Shown here in pieces: positions 49,429-62,978 of a stretch of DNA of 64,000 nucleotides. Source of the DNA: Eledone cirrhosa. Lineage: Eukaryota. The position numbers and the translations under genes are program-made. The notes under the pieces were generated by a model. That model ran no database searches and had not been told where the DNA came from. It saw only the letters and a program-made list of their open reading frames with translations. The stretch's first letter is position 1, and every line of letters starts with the position of its first letter. The DNA is taken from NCBI GenBank assembly GCA_964016885.1, contig OZ024740.1, positions 147,808,001 to 147,872,000 on the forward strand, given 5' to 3'.

Positions 49429-51531
49429 TATAGCGAGAGTACTAGGTTGTATGAACGTAACAAGGAATACATTGTTTGTGTGTATAATATTTAATTAATA
49501 ATGGTATAGTTGACATGTCAAAGATGAGGATGATAGAATGAAGCAAAGTTAGTAGTTACCGTTTTGATTGCCAGGCAAACGCGGCTGGCAGAGGACGCCT
49601 GGCTAAGGCCAGGCGCCTGTTGGCCAAATGAATGGCAGAGCCAAATGAGAGGCTCTTGACCTGGTGCCGAAAAGGCAATGAGAGAGTGAGAACCTAAAGT
49701 TGTTAGTTTTATAGGGTTCTGACCGGAAGTTGCAGAAAGGGTTCTACTTCCCGTCTAGATGTTTAATCCAAACAAGGGAGACAACCGCTACATAACCTCC
49801 CGCCAGAATTTTAGTGTATAAAAATCGAAATGAAAATATGTAGCAAGTTGGCGAGAATGTTGTAACAGGCATGAAAATTACGACAAACGAATGTTTGGAA
49901 AAATCAATGATAGATATCAAGGTAGCCAACCGCTCTTGGCCAGAGAACGACTGGACATCCATCTATCCATCACCCAAAGATACAATGTAATAAAGTAAAA
50001 GTAATAGAAGAGCTCAAAGTTCAAATGTACAAAATATAGTTCACAGGTGTGCAATCACATGACAGCAGGAAAGAAAGTGTGTTCCAGAGAATGAATGCAG
50101 GTGGTTTCTGTTCTGTGGTATATCGTGAAATTTCCAACCTCCGAATGGATTTTCTCACAGGGAGAGTGCTGCAAAAATAAATTCTCTGGCTTCGGTTGTT
50201 GGTGAAGCTGTGTTGATGTATTGCTGCTGCTGCTGCTGTTACCGCTGTATTGCTGTTGCTGCTGCTGTTGTCTCGCTGAGTGAGCGTATTCGGTGTTTAA
50301 ATTCACAGTAAAAAAAAAAATGTTTTTCTTTAGAAAAAAATGAGTTGCGCAAAGTGCTAGAAATAGCAGCCGAAGTTGATGGTCGATGTTGAGAATGCGT
50401 TGACCTGGAAGGGTCAAGAGGCCAGCGACCAGAGAAATAAGCATTCTTAATAAATGCGCGGTTATCAACGGTAAATTTACATTGTAAATTTATAAACCGG
50501 CAAATAGAAGAATATAGCTTAAGGCTGAAGAATCCTTGGCGAGAAATGTTATCTCTGGCGTGCGGCTATCTCTGTGAGTCGAGGATTTGTGCTGCCTACA
50601 CGTGCCAATACAAGGTTGAAAAAATAATATTTCTAACGCGCGAGAAAATGATAGTGCAATTTTGAAAGTGACAATGATGAAAAAGAAAGGCTTCACTCAG
50701 CATAATTATTGGTGTGAACTTTGAAAAAAAAAAACTTGAACGATGAAGAAAACGATGAACAAAAAGGCAATGGTTCATCGAAAATAAATGTTCCTGTTGA
50801 AATGTTTTTTAAAGAATATCAAATTTCCCTTTTTTTTTGTTTTGAAAGAGTTCGTTGTAAGAAACGAGAAACATATATATATATCGTGAAATGTTTTTTT
50901 TGTTTTGAAAGTGTTCGTTGTAAGAAACGAGAAACATATATATATATTGGTGAAATGCGACAGTTAGTTGATGCGTGAGAGAAAAAGTCTGTCTGTGCGA
51001 ATTCCACATGTGCGTGTGTGCGTGTCCTTGAGTATTTTCATAGTTTGTCGCTAAATTTGCTGTGTATTCGTAATGTTACTCACACAAAACCAGATGTGCT
51101 ATTTTTTTATTTTTTGGGGGTGACCACTTATAGCGATGAACGGCTGCGTGTTCGTATCACGTCAGGGTCACCAATATAGCGAGAGTAATAGGGTTGTATG
51201 AACGTAACAAGGAATACATTGTTTGTGTGTATAATATTTAATTAATAATGGTATAGTTGACATGTCAAAGATGAGTATGATAGAATGAAGCAAAGTTAGT
51301 AGTTACCGTTTTGATTGCCAGGCAAACGCGGCTGGCAGAGGACGCCTGGCTAAGGCTAGGCGCCTGTTGGCCAAATGAATGGCAGAGCCAAATGAGAGGC
51401 TCTTGACCTGGTGCCGAAAAGGCAATGAGAGAGTGAGAACCTAAAGTTGTTAGTTTTATAGGGTTTAAAATAGTTTAGGACAAGCTAAGACATGGATTTG
51501 CCACGGTTGATAGCAACGCTAAGGCGCTATA
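49429..51531 (-). mobile_element. Non-autonomous LTR retrotransposon (TRIM/LARD-like) with tRNA-Trp PBS
   Basis: Near-identical direct repeats 49429-49718 and 51175-51465; PBS TGGTGACCCTGACGTGAT one nt after the upstream LTR; purine-rich GGCGGGAGG before TGTAGCG at 49792; no gag/pol ORF. Confidence 0.8.
51142..51173 (-). other. Extended primer-binding site complementary to the 3' ~32 nt of tRNA-Trp including CCA
   Basis: Plus strand GGCTGCGTGTTCGTATCACGTCAGGGTCACCA versus eukaryotic tRNA-Trp ...GGTTGCGTGTTCRAATCACGTCGGGGTCACCA (recalled from memory). Confidence 0.8.
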
Positions 51532-53890
51532 GTAGCCAAGCATCATCTAATACTTCAGTCAGGTAAGCCGCTAATAATGATAAGAACATTCCTTGTCAGT
51601 GACCCAGCTACCTCGAATGTCACGAATGTTAAGAGGCTTAGCGATAATTCGAGGTATATCAGAATATTATTTTGTTTTGCTACATATGTGACTCCTGCCT
51701 TCGTTGCTGAATCCAGGATGTGAAAGGGAGTAAAAGAATCGCTCACTGTGGTGTTCCATATGAAGCATCTGCCTTTGACTCAATGGCAAAGGGTGTCTGT
51801 GTTTGTGTATGCATCTTGTGATTGTGTGTATTATATATATAGGTATGTCATTCTTTTGTCGCATGATTTGAGTCCGTTTGTGCTCATTCACGATGAGATG
51901 TCTGTGTTTTCCTATGTATATTCAATTTGATACCAACCCTTAAAACCTAATAACCGGGAAAAATGTTTTCCAGTTATACCCTCTCACCACCTCACAGTGG
52001 ATCTTCTATATATTCCGGTATGTAGTATTGAACTGAGTTGTGTTGAGCCTAATTTTATTGTAGCACCAGCACTATTGGGTTTGTCTTTATGGACTCAGAG
52101 CCCATTAACCAGTGATTAGTAATTTATTATCCAGAATAACCCAGAATCCTGGATGGGTTGTCTTTGCTGCAATTTTAGAAGTTAGTCACTAATGGGATAG
52201 TTCGTGTATAGTCCACTGCTTGTCTGCAAGGCTGTATGGCGAAAACTTACTTGGATACAGAGATAGAAGAAACGTAAACAAACTCTATAATGGAATGAGG
52301 GTACGTTTAAGGGAAATAAATGATCGGATTAACTCAGGAGAGTAGACGGCCATCTAGTACGGCTAGACAGAGTTTGTTAAACTTGGTTAGCAGTATGTTT
52401 AGAAGGATCACTCTGATTTCTAAACCGTGGTAGATGGGACTTCTTAGTCACTTGGATTACAGCCTTTAAAGTGGCCAACGGTTTCATCCTGGTGATGAAG
52501 GCAGATGAGCTGCAGCTCGGTAGTCAGCTTCTGAGTAATGGTTGGACGAGAATTCGGGACCCACTGATGGCACTTTTCCCCATGAAAATCATGGACATAG
52601 AGATTGTCCATGATTCTCGACCCTCAGTAATGAGGATAGGAAGAGGCCAAACTAGACTAAAGGAGAATATAATGGTAAATAAATGATTTTAAAAAATAGA
52701 TGATTAAGTAGATCAGAATAGGTAGAACAATTGGGAAAAGAAAGAGTTCATGAAGCAATGCGTGCATGACACAGAAGTAGAGTAATGGTCCAGCTGACCA
52801 AGTTCAACGGAGGGAGAATAATCTGCATATAATTTTGAAAATGTTTTAGAATTGATTAACAATGAAAACTTTTCGGTTTTTAGAAAATTCAGCAATAAAT
52901 TTGAGTAACGTCAATTCAATAATCATAATTCAGAAATTAACGAAAATATATAACGAAGACATATGATGTTGCAACAATTTAGATTACATGTTATATCATC
53001 TAATTTGAAATATTTTGTTGGAGAATTTGCAACACTTAGATTTTCCCTTTAAAATTGTAATGAAAATTTAGTCATAATATGCCAGAATCTCGGTTATTTA
53101 AAAATAAAATAATGTAAATTTAGTTTTAATATTCCAGATTATGTGTAGTTCTAATACATAATATTCCCTCGGTTCAGCGTATATTCCAATATAGTAGGGA
53201 TTAAAATAAAAACTAAATTAAAATGTTATTTTACCTATGTTTAGCTCATTAACAATGCTTGAAGTAGTTAACAGGCATTCCCATCTGGTCATTTGTCTTG
53301 ATATCGTTTTTCAATGACCTGGTGAAATCATTTACTTTGCTAAGGCTCTTAGCAAAAACGAGAAAGCGAATGCAGAAAGAGAACTTTTAGTCAAATTTTG
53401 CATTCCAAAGATAGATAATTTTGAACTAATTTATATCCAATTTGATCATAATTAAGTGTAATGTTTACTTCAGAGAGCCCTGACATAATTTTATATGGGT
53501 TCCTGGCATCTAAGTGTATTTTATTTACACGATGGGAAGATGGGTCTTCAAGTATTACTTTACACATTTGTAAACTAACAGAGCAACCTCCTTGCTTTAA
53601 ATGCAAGAAATAATTAAGAAATTTGTATGGAGGAAAAGGAAACATTAGTGAACCATTGTCTATAGTTTTGATGGTCTATTTAAAAAAAGGCTTAATTTAG
53701 CGAGCAATTCTTTTATTCTTTTGCCTTTTCCAGTCTTTCGACTGTGTCCGACTTGAAGAACTACCATGAAAATTTTAGTCCATCATATCGAAACTTTGTA
53801 CTTATTCTTTTTGTATACATATAACCAAAGATACACACGCATACACACACACACACACATATGTATACATATACACACACATACACACAC

Positions 53891-53945
<55 letters not shown>

Positions 53946-53946
53946 G

Positions 53947-54010
53947 AACATGATGGCTGCCCCCTCGTTATCGAGTATGGCCATTGCACGATATACCATT
54001 ATTAATAATT
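53947..54010 (-). mobile_element. Short RTE-type 3' end (same as 4866-4925)
   Basis: CATGATGGCTGCCCCCTCGTTATCGAGTATGGCCATTGCACGATATACCATTATTAATAAT is identical to the 4866 copy. Confidence 0.7.
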
Positions 54011-54269
54011 ATTAATTAATTCTATCGTGCAATACCTGTGCGTGAAGATTTGTTTAAAGTGACAAAAGACTGAACTGAGCCAATCCCATTCTCTGAGTGA
54101 CAGTAGCTATAACCCGAAAAGAAGAAAAGATCAACATCATCGGTAACTACTGAGTCGCAGGTTTTATGTCGGAGTTATCCCATATATATAAACATACATA
54201 CATACATACATACATTCATGTATACATGCAAATATGCTTGCAGGCATGCACATATACATACAAACATAC

Positions 54270-55137
54270 ATACATGATGACCGCAAACTCGTGTTCGAAC
54301 ATTGCCATCGCCTGATAAAATACTCAAAAATGGGAGGGTCGAATGTGGCTCTTCAAACCAGCCAAAGACTTGCACCCTCTGGCACAAACATGGCAACTGT
54401 AGACTCCTCTGGGACTTTCCGCTGCGTGGTTTTGACTGCGTGTTCTCATATGTCTTTTAAGACCTCCAATGCTTGCACATTGCTTGCCACATTCCCTACA
54501 CCTTTTCAGATCATAATCTACATGAGGTCTACTGATATGATTTTGTTCATGTCTTATCAAACCAGCTTTGCTCAGGCAGACTCGATCACAGTGCTGGCAG
54601 ACCAGATGTTGCTCAACAGCAGGCAGTTCAGAACAGTCTCTTTTCCTCACCTTCCTTTTCAGTGTTAGGTGTTCTCTTCGACGAGTTTCAAAGTGTTCAC
54701 TTCCTGACTTAATCAAACAAATCCACTTCACACGCTCCTTGGCCATTTTCTCCTATTCGTCAGATGAAATCCCAGCGTAAACCAAGGTGCCCCTGACACA
54801 GTCCCGGTACCGCGTTTTTTGGTTTGTATGGTGGTCGCCTTCCTTCACACAGTTCACCGTAGAGAAGTTGCTTTAAAATACGATCATCAGACATCCGGAT
54901 GACATGACCGCCCACTTCAACCGATACCGAAAGATCAGGCTTTCTATACCCATGCACCTGCTCCGTTCGAGAACTTCCAAATCATTGACAAACATTTTCC
55001 ATTGCACCCCAAGTATCTTACGAATAGATTGTTAGTGGAACCTCTCCAGTTCTTTGAGGTGCTTTCTGTATGTGACCCACTTTTTACAAGCATAAATGAG
55101 ACGACACAAGTCAGATACATTTTTACCTTGGCTTTAA
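54270..55137 (-). mobile_element. BovB-like RTE LINE 3' fragment with three C2H2 fingers
   Basis: GHVIRMSDDRILKQLLYGELCEGRR, CQHCDRVCLSKAGLIRH, CRECGKQCASIGGLKRH, CHVCARGCKSLAGLKSH; 3' end GAGTTTGCGGTCATCATG + (TATG)n. Confidence 0.85.
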
Positions 55138-55784
55138 TACATACATACATTCAAACATACATACATACATACGATGTGCTTGTGAACAGATTTCGTCAAC
55201 CAAATTTCACTCACAAGGCATTAAGGTAGCATGCAGTGTGCTAAACCTGAAATCGCATGGTTGAAAAGTGAATTCCTTTACCACAGAGAAATGTTGAATT
55301 CCTTTACCACGGAGAAAGGTTGATTTTTTCTGTGGGTACCAGTGACAGATATATAATTTATAATGCTCAAGCATCATTAATTTTCCATGATGTCAATCCT
55401 TGCATATATAGTGTTCATTTTGAGCTCACGAATCCCACAGACACAAAAAACAGTAGTGCTTTACTTTTTCTACTCACTTTTGGGAATATCTTCACTCATA
55501 CTGTTTTCTTTATCGATTACTTTTGTCTTACACATCCTTTTAGTTTTTCCGCGATTATGCTGTGAGCGTGTTGCTTATCTCAAAAGTTTCCATTGTTGTG
55601 TGACCATTGTAGTGAATTAATATATTTTTGTGCGTTATATTTATAAGGTTCCTAGCAATAATTAATTGTATTTATTATATGTGTTTATTTTTATTTTGTA
55701 AGAAGTATTCATTAAGTATTGTATATATTATTTGTGTCTATATTTTCATTCTTTAAGCATTATATTATATTCAGAGAAAAGTAA

Positions 55785-55975
55785 TAATTGCTTTTACTTT
55801 TGGGTACAAGGCCAGCAATTACCCCAGTGCATAACTGGTACTTTATTTTATCGACCCCGTAAGGATAAAAGACAAAGTTAACCTCGGCGAGATTTGAACT
55901 GAGACCGTAAAGGACCGTAACTCTATGCTGCAAAGAATAGCGTCCGACTCTCTACCGATACTGCCAATCCACCAC
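55785..55975 (-). mobile_element. tRNA-derived SINE
   Basis: Consensus as at 32967. Confidence 0.88.
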
Positions 55976-55991
55976 CCTAGAGAAAAGTAAT

Positions 55992-56176
55992 AATTGTTTC
56001 TACTATTGGTACAAGGCCAGCAATTATCCTAGTACATTACTGGTACTTTATTTTATCGACCCCGTAAGGATGAAAGGCAAAGTTAACCTCGGCGGGATTT
56101 GAACTCAGACCATAAAGGGACATAACTCTTTGCTGCAAAGCATGGCGTCAGACCCTCTACCGATACTGCCAATCCA
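55992..56176 (-). mobile_element. tRNA-derived SINE (tandem with the previous copy)
   Basis: Consensus as at 32967; both copies are preceded by AGAGAAAAGTAATAATTG. Confidence 0.88.
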
Positions 56177-56738
56177 ATAATGATGATACTTTTTGGTTAT
56201 AATAAAAAAGTATATCTGTGAAAAAGAAAGCTTTCAAACGATACATTGACATGAAAACACATTTATACACGGAGCCTCTACAATAGCCAAATTCCCCTCA
56301 AACCACATCTTAGCATTTTGAAAAAACGTAAGGACATTAACTAATGTATTTTTGGATGTATTGCCTGATGGACTGGTTATGGCTGGAAAGCTTTGATCAT
56401 AGCTGACTTTGGGTTGACGCCAATAACAATGACAAAAATTGCAACAACAGCAGGAAACACGAAATAAGACCAAGACATAAATCCGACAAAAGAAATTCCT
56501 TGGGTTATGGGAATAAATGGAATTTTATTTCAAAATTTCAATAGTAAATTTCAGGATAATTCAACGGTTTTATGAAAACATTAACATTTTCCAACATCAA
56601 TTTTGTCATCATTGACTTTTCTCACAACAATGACAAGTGAAAAATGGTGAAGTAATATTCATATATATATAACTAATATATACACGTACACACACAGACG
56701 TACATATATTTATAAGCTTTTATACAGGTCAACACACT

Positions 56739-56853
56739 CATATATATATATATTTACACATGTATATATATATATACATACATATATATATATATTTCCA
56801 TATATATATATATATACATTTCCATATATATATATATATATATATATACATTT

Positions 56854-56889
<36 letters not shown>

Positions 56890-56907
56890 CCACATATATA
56901 TATATTT

Positions 56908-56974
<67 letters not shown>

Positions 56975-56997
56975 TATATCCACATATATATATATTT

Positions 56998-57036
<39 letters not shown>

Positions 57037-57065
57037 TTTCCATATATATATTTACAAATGTATAT

Positions 57066-57099
<34 letters not shown>

Positions 57100-57115
57100 T
57101 TACAAATGTATATAT

Positions 57116-57147
<32 letters not shown>

Positions 57148-57151
57148 TTAC

Positions 57152-57190
<39 letters not shown>

Positions 57191-57191
57191 C

Positions 57192-57223
<32 letters not shown>

Positions 57224-57262
57224 TTACATATGTATATATATATATATATATATATTTACATA

Positions 57263-57293
<31 letters not shown>

Positions 57294-57508
57294 TTACATA
57301 TGTATATATATATATACATATATATATATTCACATATGTATATATATATATATATATACACATGTATATTTACATACACATTTGTAGACATAATTGTAGA
57401 TATCAAAGTACATTAACATATATAAATTTATGCATATATTTATATATGTATGTATATATATATATAAGTATATGTATGTGTATGTGTATATATACACACA
57501 TGTATATA

Positions 57509-57556
<48 letters not shown>

Positions 57557-57575
57557 CTATATATATATATATACA
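56739..57575. repeat. Degenerate (TA)n expansion with TTTCCA and TTTACA higher-order units
   Basis: Directly visible. Confidence 0.9.
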
Positions 57576-57966
57576 TGTCTGTACTTCTGTGTATGCATTC
57601 AAATATATACGTGTATGCACTGTTAAATGTACATATTTACATATGCAATATACATTACATTTTTAAAAAATATAATATAAAATGATGCATATGTAAGTAC
57701 TTATATAATTTATATACAGAAAAAAAATTAGTGAGTGAAAATTGTAAATATATTTAATCAATGTTTCATTATGCATTGAGAACAAACATCAGGTTTAATT
57801 TAAAAAAAAAAGTTTTCTGTTAATGCAGATTGGAATATTCTAGAAATTGTATCTACCGCAAGTCATATGGCATTTAATTATATTCTCACCCAATTACATA
57901 TTTTCCTTTCTGAATTCTGTTTGCTATTTCTGTCAATTCATTTAGAATTATAATCTACAAACATAG

Positions 57967-57968
<2 letters not shown>

Positions 57969-58060
<92 letters not shown>

Positions 58061-58074
58061 GTATATATATATAC

Positions 58075-58150
<76 letters not shown>

Positions 58151-58151
58151 G

Positions 58152-58204
<53 letters not shown>

Positions 58205-58211
58205 GTATATG

Positions 58212-58242
<31 letters not shown>

Positions 58243-58399
58243 GTATATATATATGTATATATATATATATGTATATATATATGTATATATATATATATGT
58301 ATATATATATGTATATATATATATATGTATATATATATATGTATATATATATATATGTATATATATATATGTATATATATATATGTATATATATATATG

Positions 58400-58452
<53 letters not shown>

Positions 58453-58453
58453 C

Positions 58454-58520
<67 letters not shown>

Positions 58521-58621
58521 GTATATATGTATATATATATATGTATATATATATCTATATATATATATATATATGTATATATATGTATATATGTATGTAT
58601 ATTTATATATATATGTATATT

Positions 58622-58677
<56 letters not shown>

Positions 58678-58688
58678 CATACATATAC

Positions 58689-58723
<35 letters not shown>

Positions 58724-58803
58724 CATACATACGTATATATGTATGTATATAAATATTTATATATATATACATACATACGTATATATGTATGTATATAAAT
58801 ATT

Positions 58804-58850
<47 letters not shown>

Positions 58851-59099
58851 GTATATTTATATATGTAGACATGTATGCATATATATATTTATATATGTAT
58901 ATATATATATTCATATATTTATATATTCATATACATATATATTCATATATACCTATACATATATATTCATACATATACACCTATACATATATATTCATAT
59001 ATATATATATATTTATTATATCTATATATATATATATACATTCATATATATATGAATATATATATATTTATATATATATATATACATATTCATATACAT

Positions 59100-59136
<37 letters not shown>

Positions 59137-59300
59137 AATATATACATATCATATATATATATATATACAAATATATATATATATATACATATCATATATA
59201 TATATATATATATACAAATATATATATATACATATATATATATATACATATCATATATATATATATACAAATATATATACACACACATATATATATATAT
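57969..59300. repeat. ~1.3-kb degenerate (TA)n/(TATG) expansion
   Basis: Directly visible. Confidence 0.95.
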
Positions 59301-62300
59301 GTAGAGAGGGAGATACTTAACAAATATATGTATGTCCAAAGCATATCATAACTAGTTACACACATGTACCTTGTAGATAAGTAAATATTCAGAAGTTTCA
59401 TAGGCTGTGTGTTCTTCAGACAAGTTTTTGTTTAAAGACTGCACTGCTATGAAACTGAATCCTGAGTGTTAAATACAACTTGCTGAACATTTACTTTCTT
59501 ACTCACACAATCACACATACACATATGTACACATATTTGCAGGCATACACACACATATATATATATACATAAATATATATGTTCACTTATATATATATAT
59601 GCATGCATATATTTACACATATACATATCTATCTATCTGTATATATATATATATATATATTTATATATGTGTGTATACATTATATATAAGTTTATCATGT
59701 ATAATAATGTGTGGATGTATTAATGTAAGGAATAATATGTCATTAATAATGGTAGTAGTATAATGATGAAACTGATACACAAAACAGGAAAATATCAGCA
59801 GTTCTGGTGAGAATCGGAAGAATGTACATGTAATAATTCTAGTGCAAAAAAAAAAGGAAAAAATTAATGGCTAACAAAATGGAATAGAAGAAAAACCTTA
59901 GAAACAGATTGAGGTATGATTTATAACACTTGAAAAAAAAATTAAAATTTTGAAGGGCAAGAAAAACAGTTTCTCATTTAATGTTAAGGATAAGATATAT
60001 AACCTGACTAAAGCTTTCTTCAATAGTCAAGGAAACGGAAGTTGAGATGATAATGATGATAATAATGATGATGAAAAAGAAATGAGTTGAATAAAATTCA
60101 TACTTTGGTGGAATTTGGTTGAGAACATCTTATTATAATATAATTACTACTATTATTATTATGACTACTACTATTGTTACTGGGACAAACAGATAAACGT
60201 TTATGTTCAGAGGTTTTGTAAAGTTGTCCTGAAGTTGGAAGAAGTTATATATTAGTGTTAATTTATGTACTCATGCTACTCTTTTTCTTTGTAGTCCTTA
60301 TGGCATATTAGCACTAGGTTGTCATAGTGCTAAATAGATGACACTTCTTATTTATGAAAGGGCACTACTAGTCAGTTGTGTGCTGTCTTTAATAGATGGG
60401 CTGTTAGTTATTTTCTAGCAAGGTAAACTAAGACAAATTCAATTGTCTTTTCTGAAACTACAATTCAAAGCCAGCAGTGGTGCATGAGGGAATTCATATA
60501 CCCATGTAATAAGCATATATTTTGTAGGTTTAACATGTTAGAACTTATTCCACTTATACATTGATAGGGATAATAATGGGATAAATATGAGTAGCACGAA
60601 CTGCAGTAATACAGACAATAACAAGGTTGACATATGATGTTTCACAAATTGATATTATACAAGCAGTGCATTGATAAAGAACAGTTAAAGATGTATACAT
60701 ATTAAGTCAAAACATTATGATTAGTGATGAAGTGGCAGTTATAGGGCAATATGAGTGCAAAGACATAGTGTGGCTAAAACAAAAATACTACATTTAGCTG
60801 AAAATGGCAGTGAAAGAATTTACATGCATGCAATATGTGTAATAGTTTTAAAATGTTAAATGTAAAATTAGTCTGAATAAACTTTTGTAATGGAAACTAT
60901 TGAAAAATATTTAAAGATGATGAACCAAATATCTACAATAATTTGTGACATTATTCATTTATTATGGTTTTTTGTTGCTTTAACAAAACTCTCATAAAAT
61001 CTAAGGTATTTGAGTCATAAGTAGTGTTAGTTAATCTGTAAATTTAAGAACACTTTTATTTGCATCATATGCTAATTTTTGGCTAAACAGTTGTAATGAA
61101 GAAAATAGTTCATAAAATCCATGTGAAACATGATCTATCAAAAAACTACAGCAATTTCTGACATCACTTTGAATTAAAAAAAACAAGAAAAACATTATTT
61201 GTATAGAATGATATAAAATAATGACCCAAATTATTTGATAAATATGATTGAAAACTTAATATACATTTCATTTTATTTTTCTTTCAAATTTCCATTTACA
61301 CAACAGACAAACAAAATTAAAAGAATTTTTCAGTATCTTCTTTATTTTATTTGCTCATCTTGAACATTTACCATCATCTGGTCTTATCTTTAATTTTTTC
61401 ATGAGGCCAATTTCCCTGAGGATATTATATTTATTTATAAGATGTAGCCTTTAATCAATAATCAGAAAAAGTTGATTTAATCATTAACTTAATCTTCCAC
61501 ACAGTTTTATACTTTCATAATTACAAAATCATACAAACCTCCATATTATGTAGCTTGTAATTTATATCAACAATAAAGATAATGACAGTATTTTGTCTTA
61601 AAATTAAGTGATAGCACTATTCATATGTTATCAAAAGAAGATCTTTGAGTCTTTATGGGTCTAAATTTTCACCATGCAAACTTTGAGACACAAACCACAA
61701 AGGCATAGGATTATTAAAATGGCATTAGAGGTATCTATAGACTACATAAATGCCAGATGCAATAATAAAATTAGATTCTCAATTTACAGAAGCATGAGCT
61801 TTGCTTCATTAGTAGACATTCCATTGTTAGCATTTGAGCCAGGTTTATGTAAGAAAAAAATTAAAAAGTTTGATGTCCATATAATATTTGCTTATATTTT
61901 AAGTAAAAATTATATAGTATAGGCATAAAGAAATTAGTGATGAAAATTAGTATTACAATCATTGTTATCAACCTTAGATTAATTAGATTTCAAGTCATAA
62001 AGCCAGAGGTAAGTACAGACAAAAAAAATGAGAAATGGCATTTGTACTATGAGGCATTTGCTAGACTAATAGATAGGTAGAAGTTCAGAATAAATGTTAT
62101 TTTTTAGTTGTCTGAAGAGGGTTTCAGTGGAGCTGTGTCAAGCTGCTAAGATGAAATGCTAACAAAAGGAACTGATTATTAACTAGAATACTTTGCAGAA
62201 AATGGGAAAAGAATCACACTAATGTTCTTTCAGGCATAAGACATAGATGTTTATGCGAAATAAGCGAAAAAGTATAAATCGAAACTTTCATCCAAATATC

Positions 62301-62659
62301 TCATGTTTCTCTGCATGGTTTGTCACTTAAATTAGGGACTCCATGTTAGTTAATAGCTTGGTCTACAATACTGGCATGGTGTTAGCTAATATGCTTTCCT
62401 TTACTTTGAAGATAAGTCTTACATAGCTATCTTTTCACCTGGAATATATATACCCCAGTGCCAAATTTCCAACTTGTCCACAAATTGCTTAGCAGCTTGA
62501 AAATTAACCCAGCTCCTTCATTCCAACCTCCACATTAATGCTATATTCATTTCTAAATAGTTAATGTTTGGTATCTACTTAGTCTTTTAATATCTATGGA
62601 GTGTGAAACAAACAAAAAAGCAATATTGATTAGACTATATATATATATAGTTTATTTTA

Positions 62660-62850
62660 ATTCATACACATGTGCAACCTTAGGTTTTGGGGTCTAGTTA
62701 TGGCTACCACTGAATAGTGGAGTAGCTGTTCTAAAAGTGGCTTCTCTTGTCAGGTGCAATTGAACCTAATGAAGGAGGTCAGTTTTAGAATGGCTATACA
62801 GTGGTAGCCATAACTGGACCCTGAAACTTGTGGTCATGCATACGTGTTAT
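62660..62850 (+). repeat. Long imperfect hairpin / fold-back element
   Basis: AGGTTTTGGGGTCTAGTTATGGCTACCACTG...CAGTGGTAGCCATAACTGGACCCTGAAACTT, centred on AGGTGCAATTGAACCT. Confidence 0.85.
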
Positions 62851-62935
62851 GAGTATGAACTCTAATATAAACTAAATAAGCTCTCGTACTAGATTGAGTA
62901 TCTTTTTCCTTCGCCTTATTTCTACGGACACCCTG

Positions 62936-62978
<43 letters not shown>

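Noticed and set aside
50055-50468. 137-aa poly-Q/S ORF inside the LTR element as gag
   Set aside because: Low-complexity sequence with no gag, protease or zinc-knuckle motif.
54324-54746. Host C2H2 zinc-finger gene
   Set aside because: The fingers are contiguous with RTE RT C-terminal motifs and an RTE 3' tail, and lack TGEKP linkers.
56710-59401. Long ORFs of YI/IY/HT/VC repeats (also at 12.4, 18.4, 21.6, 25.2 and 27.4 kb)
   Set aside because: They are translations of (TA)n, (CA)n and (TATG)n microsatellites that lack stop codons; not genes.
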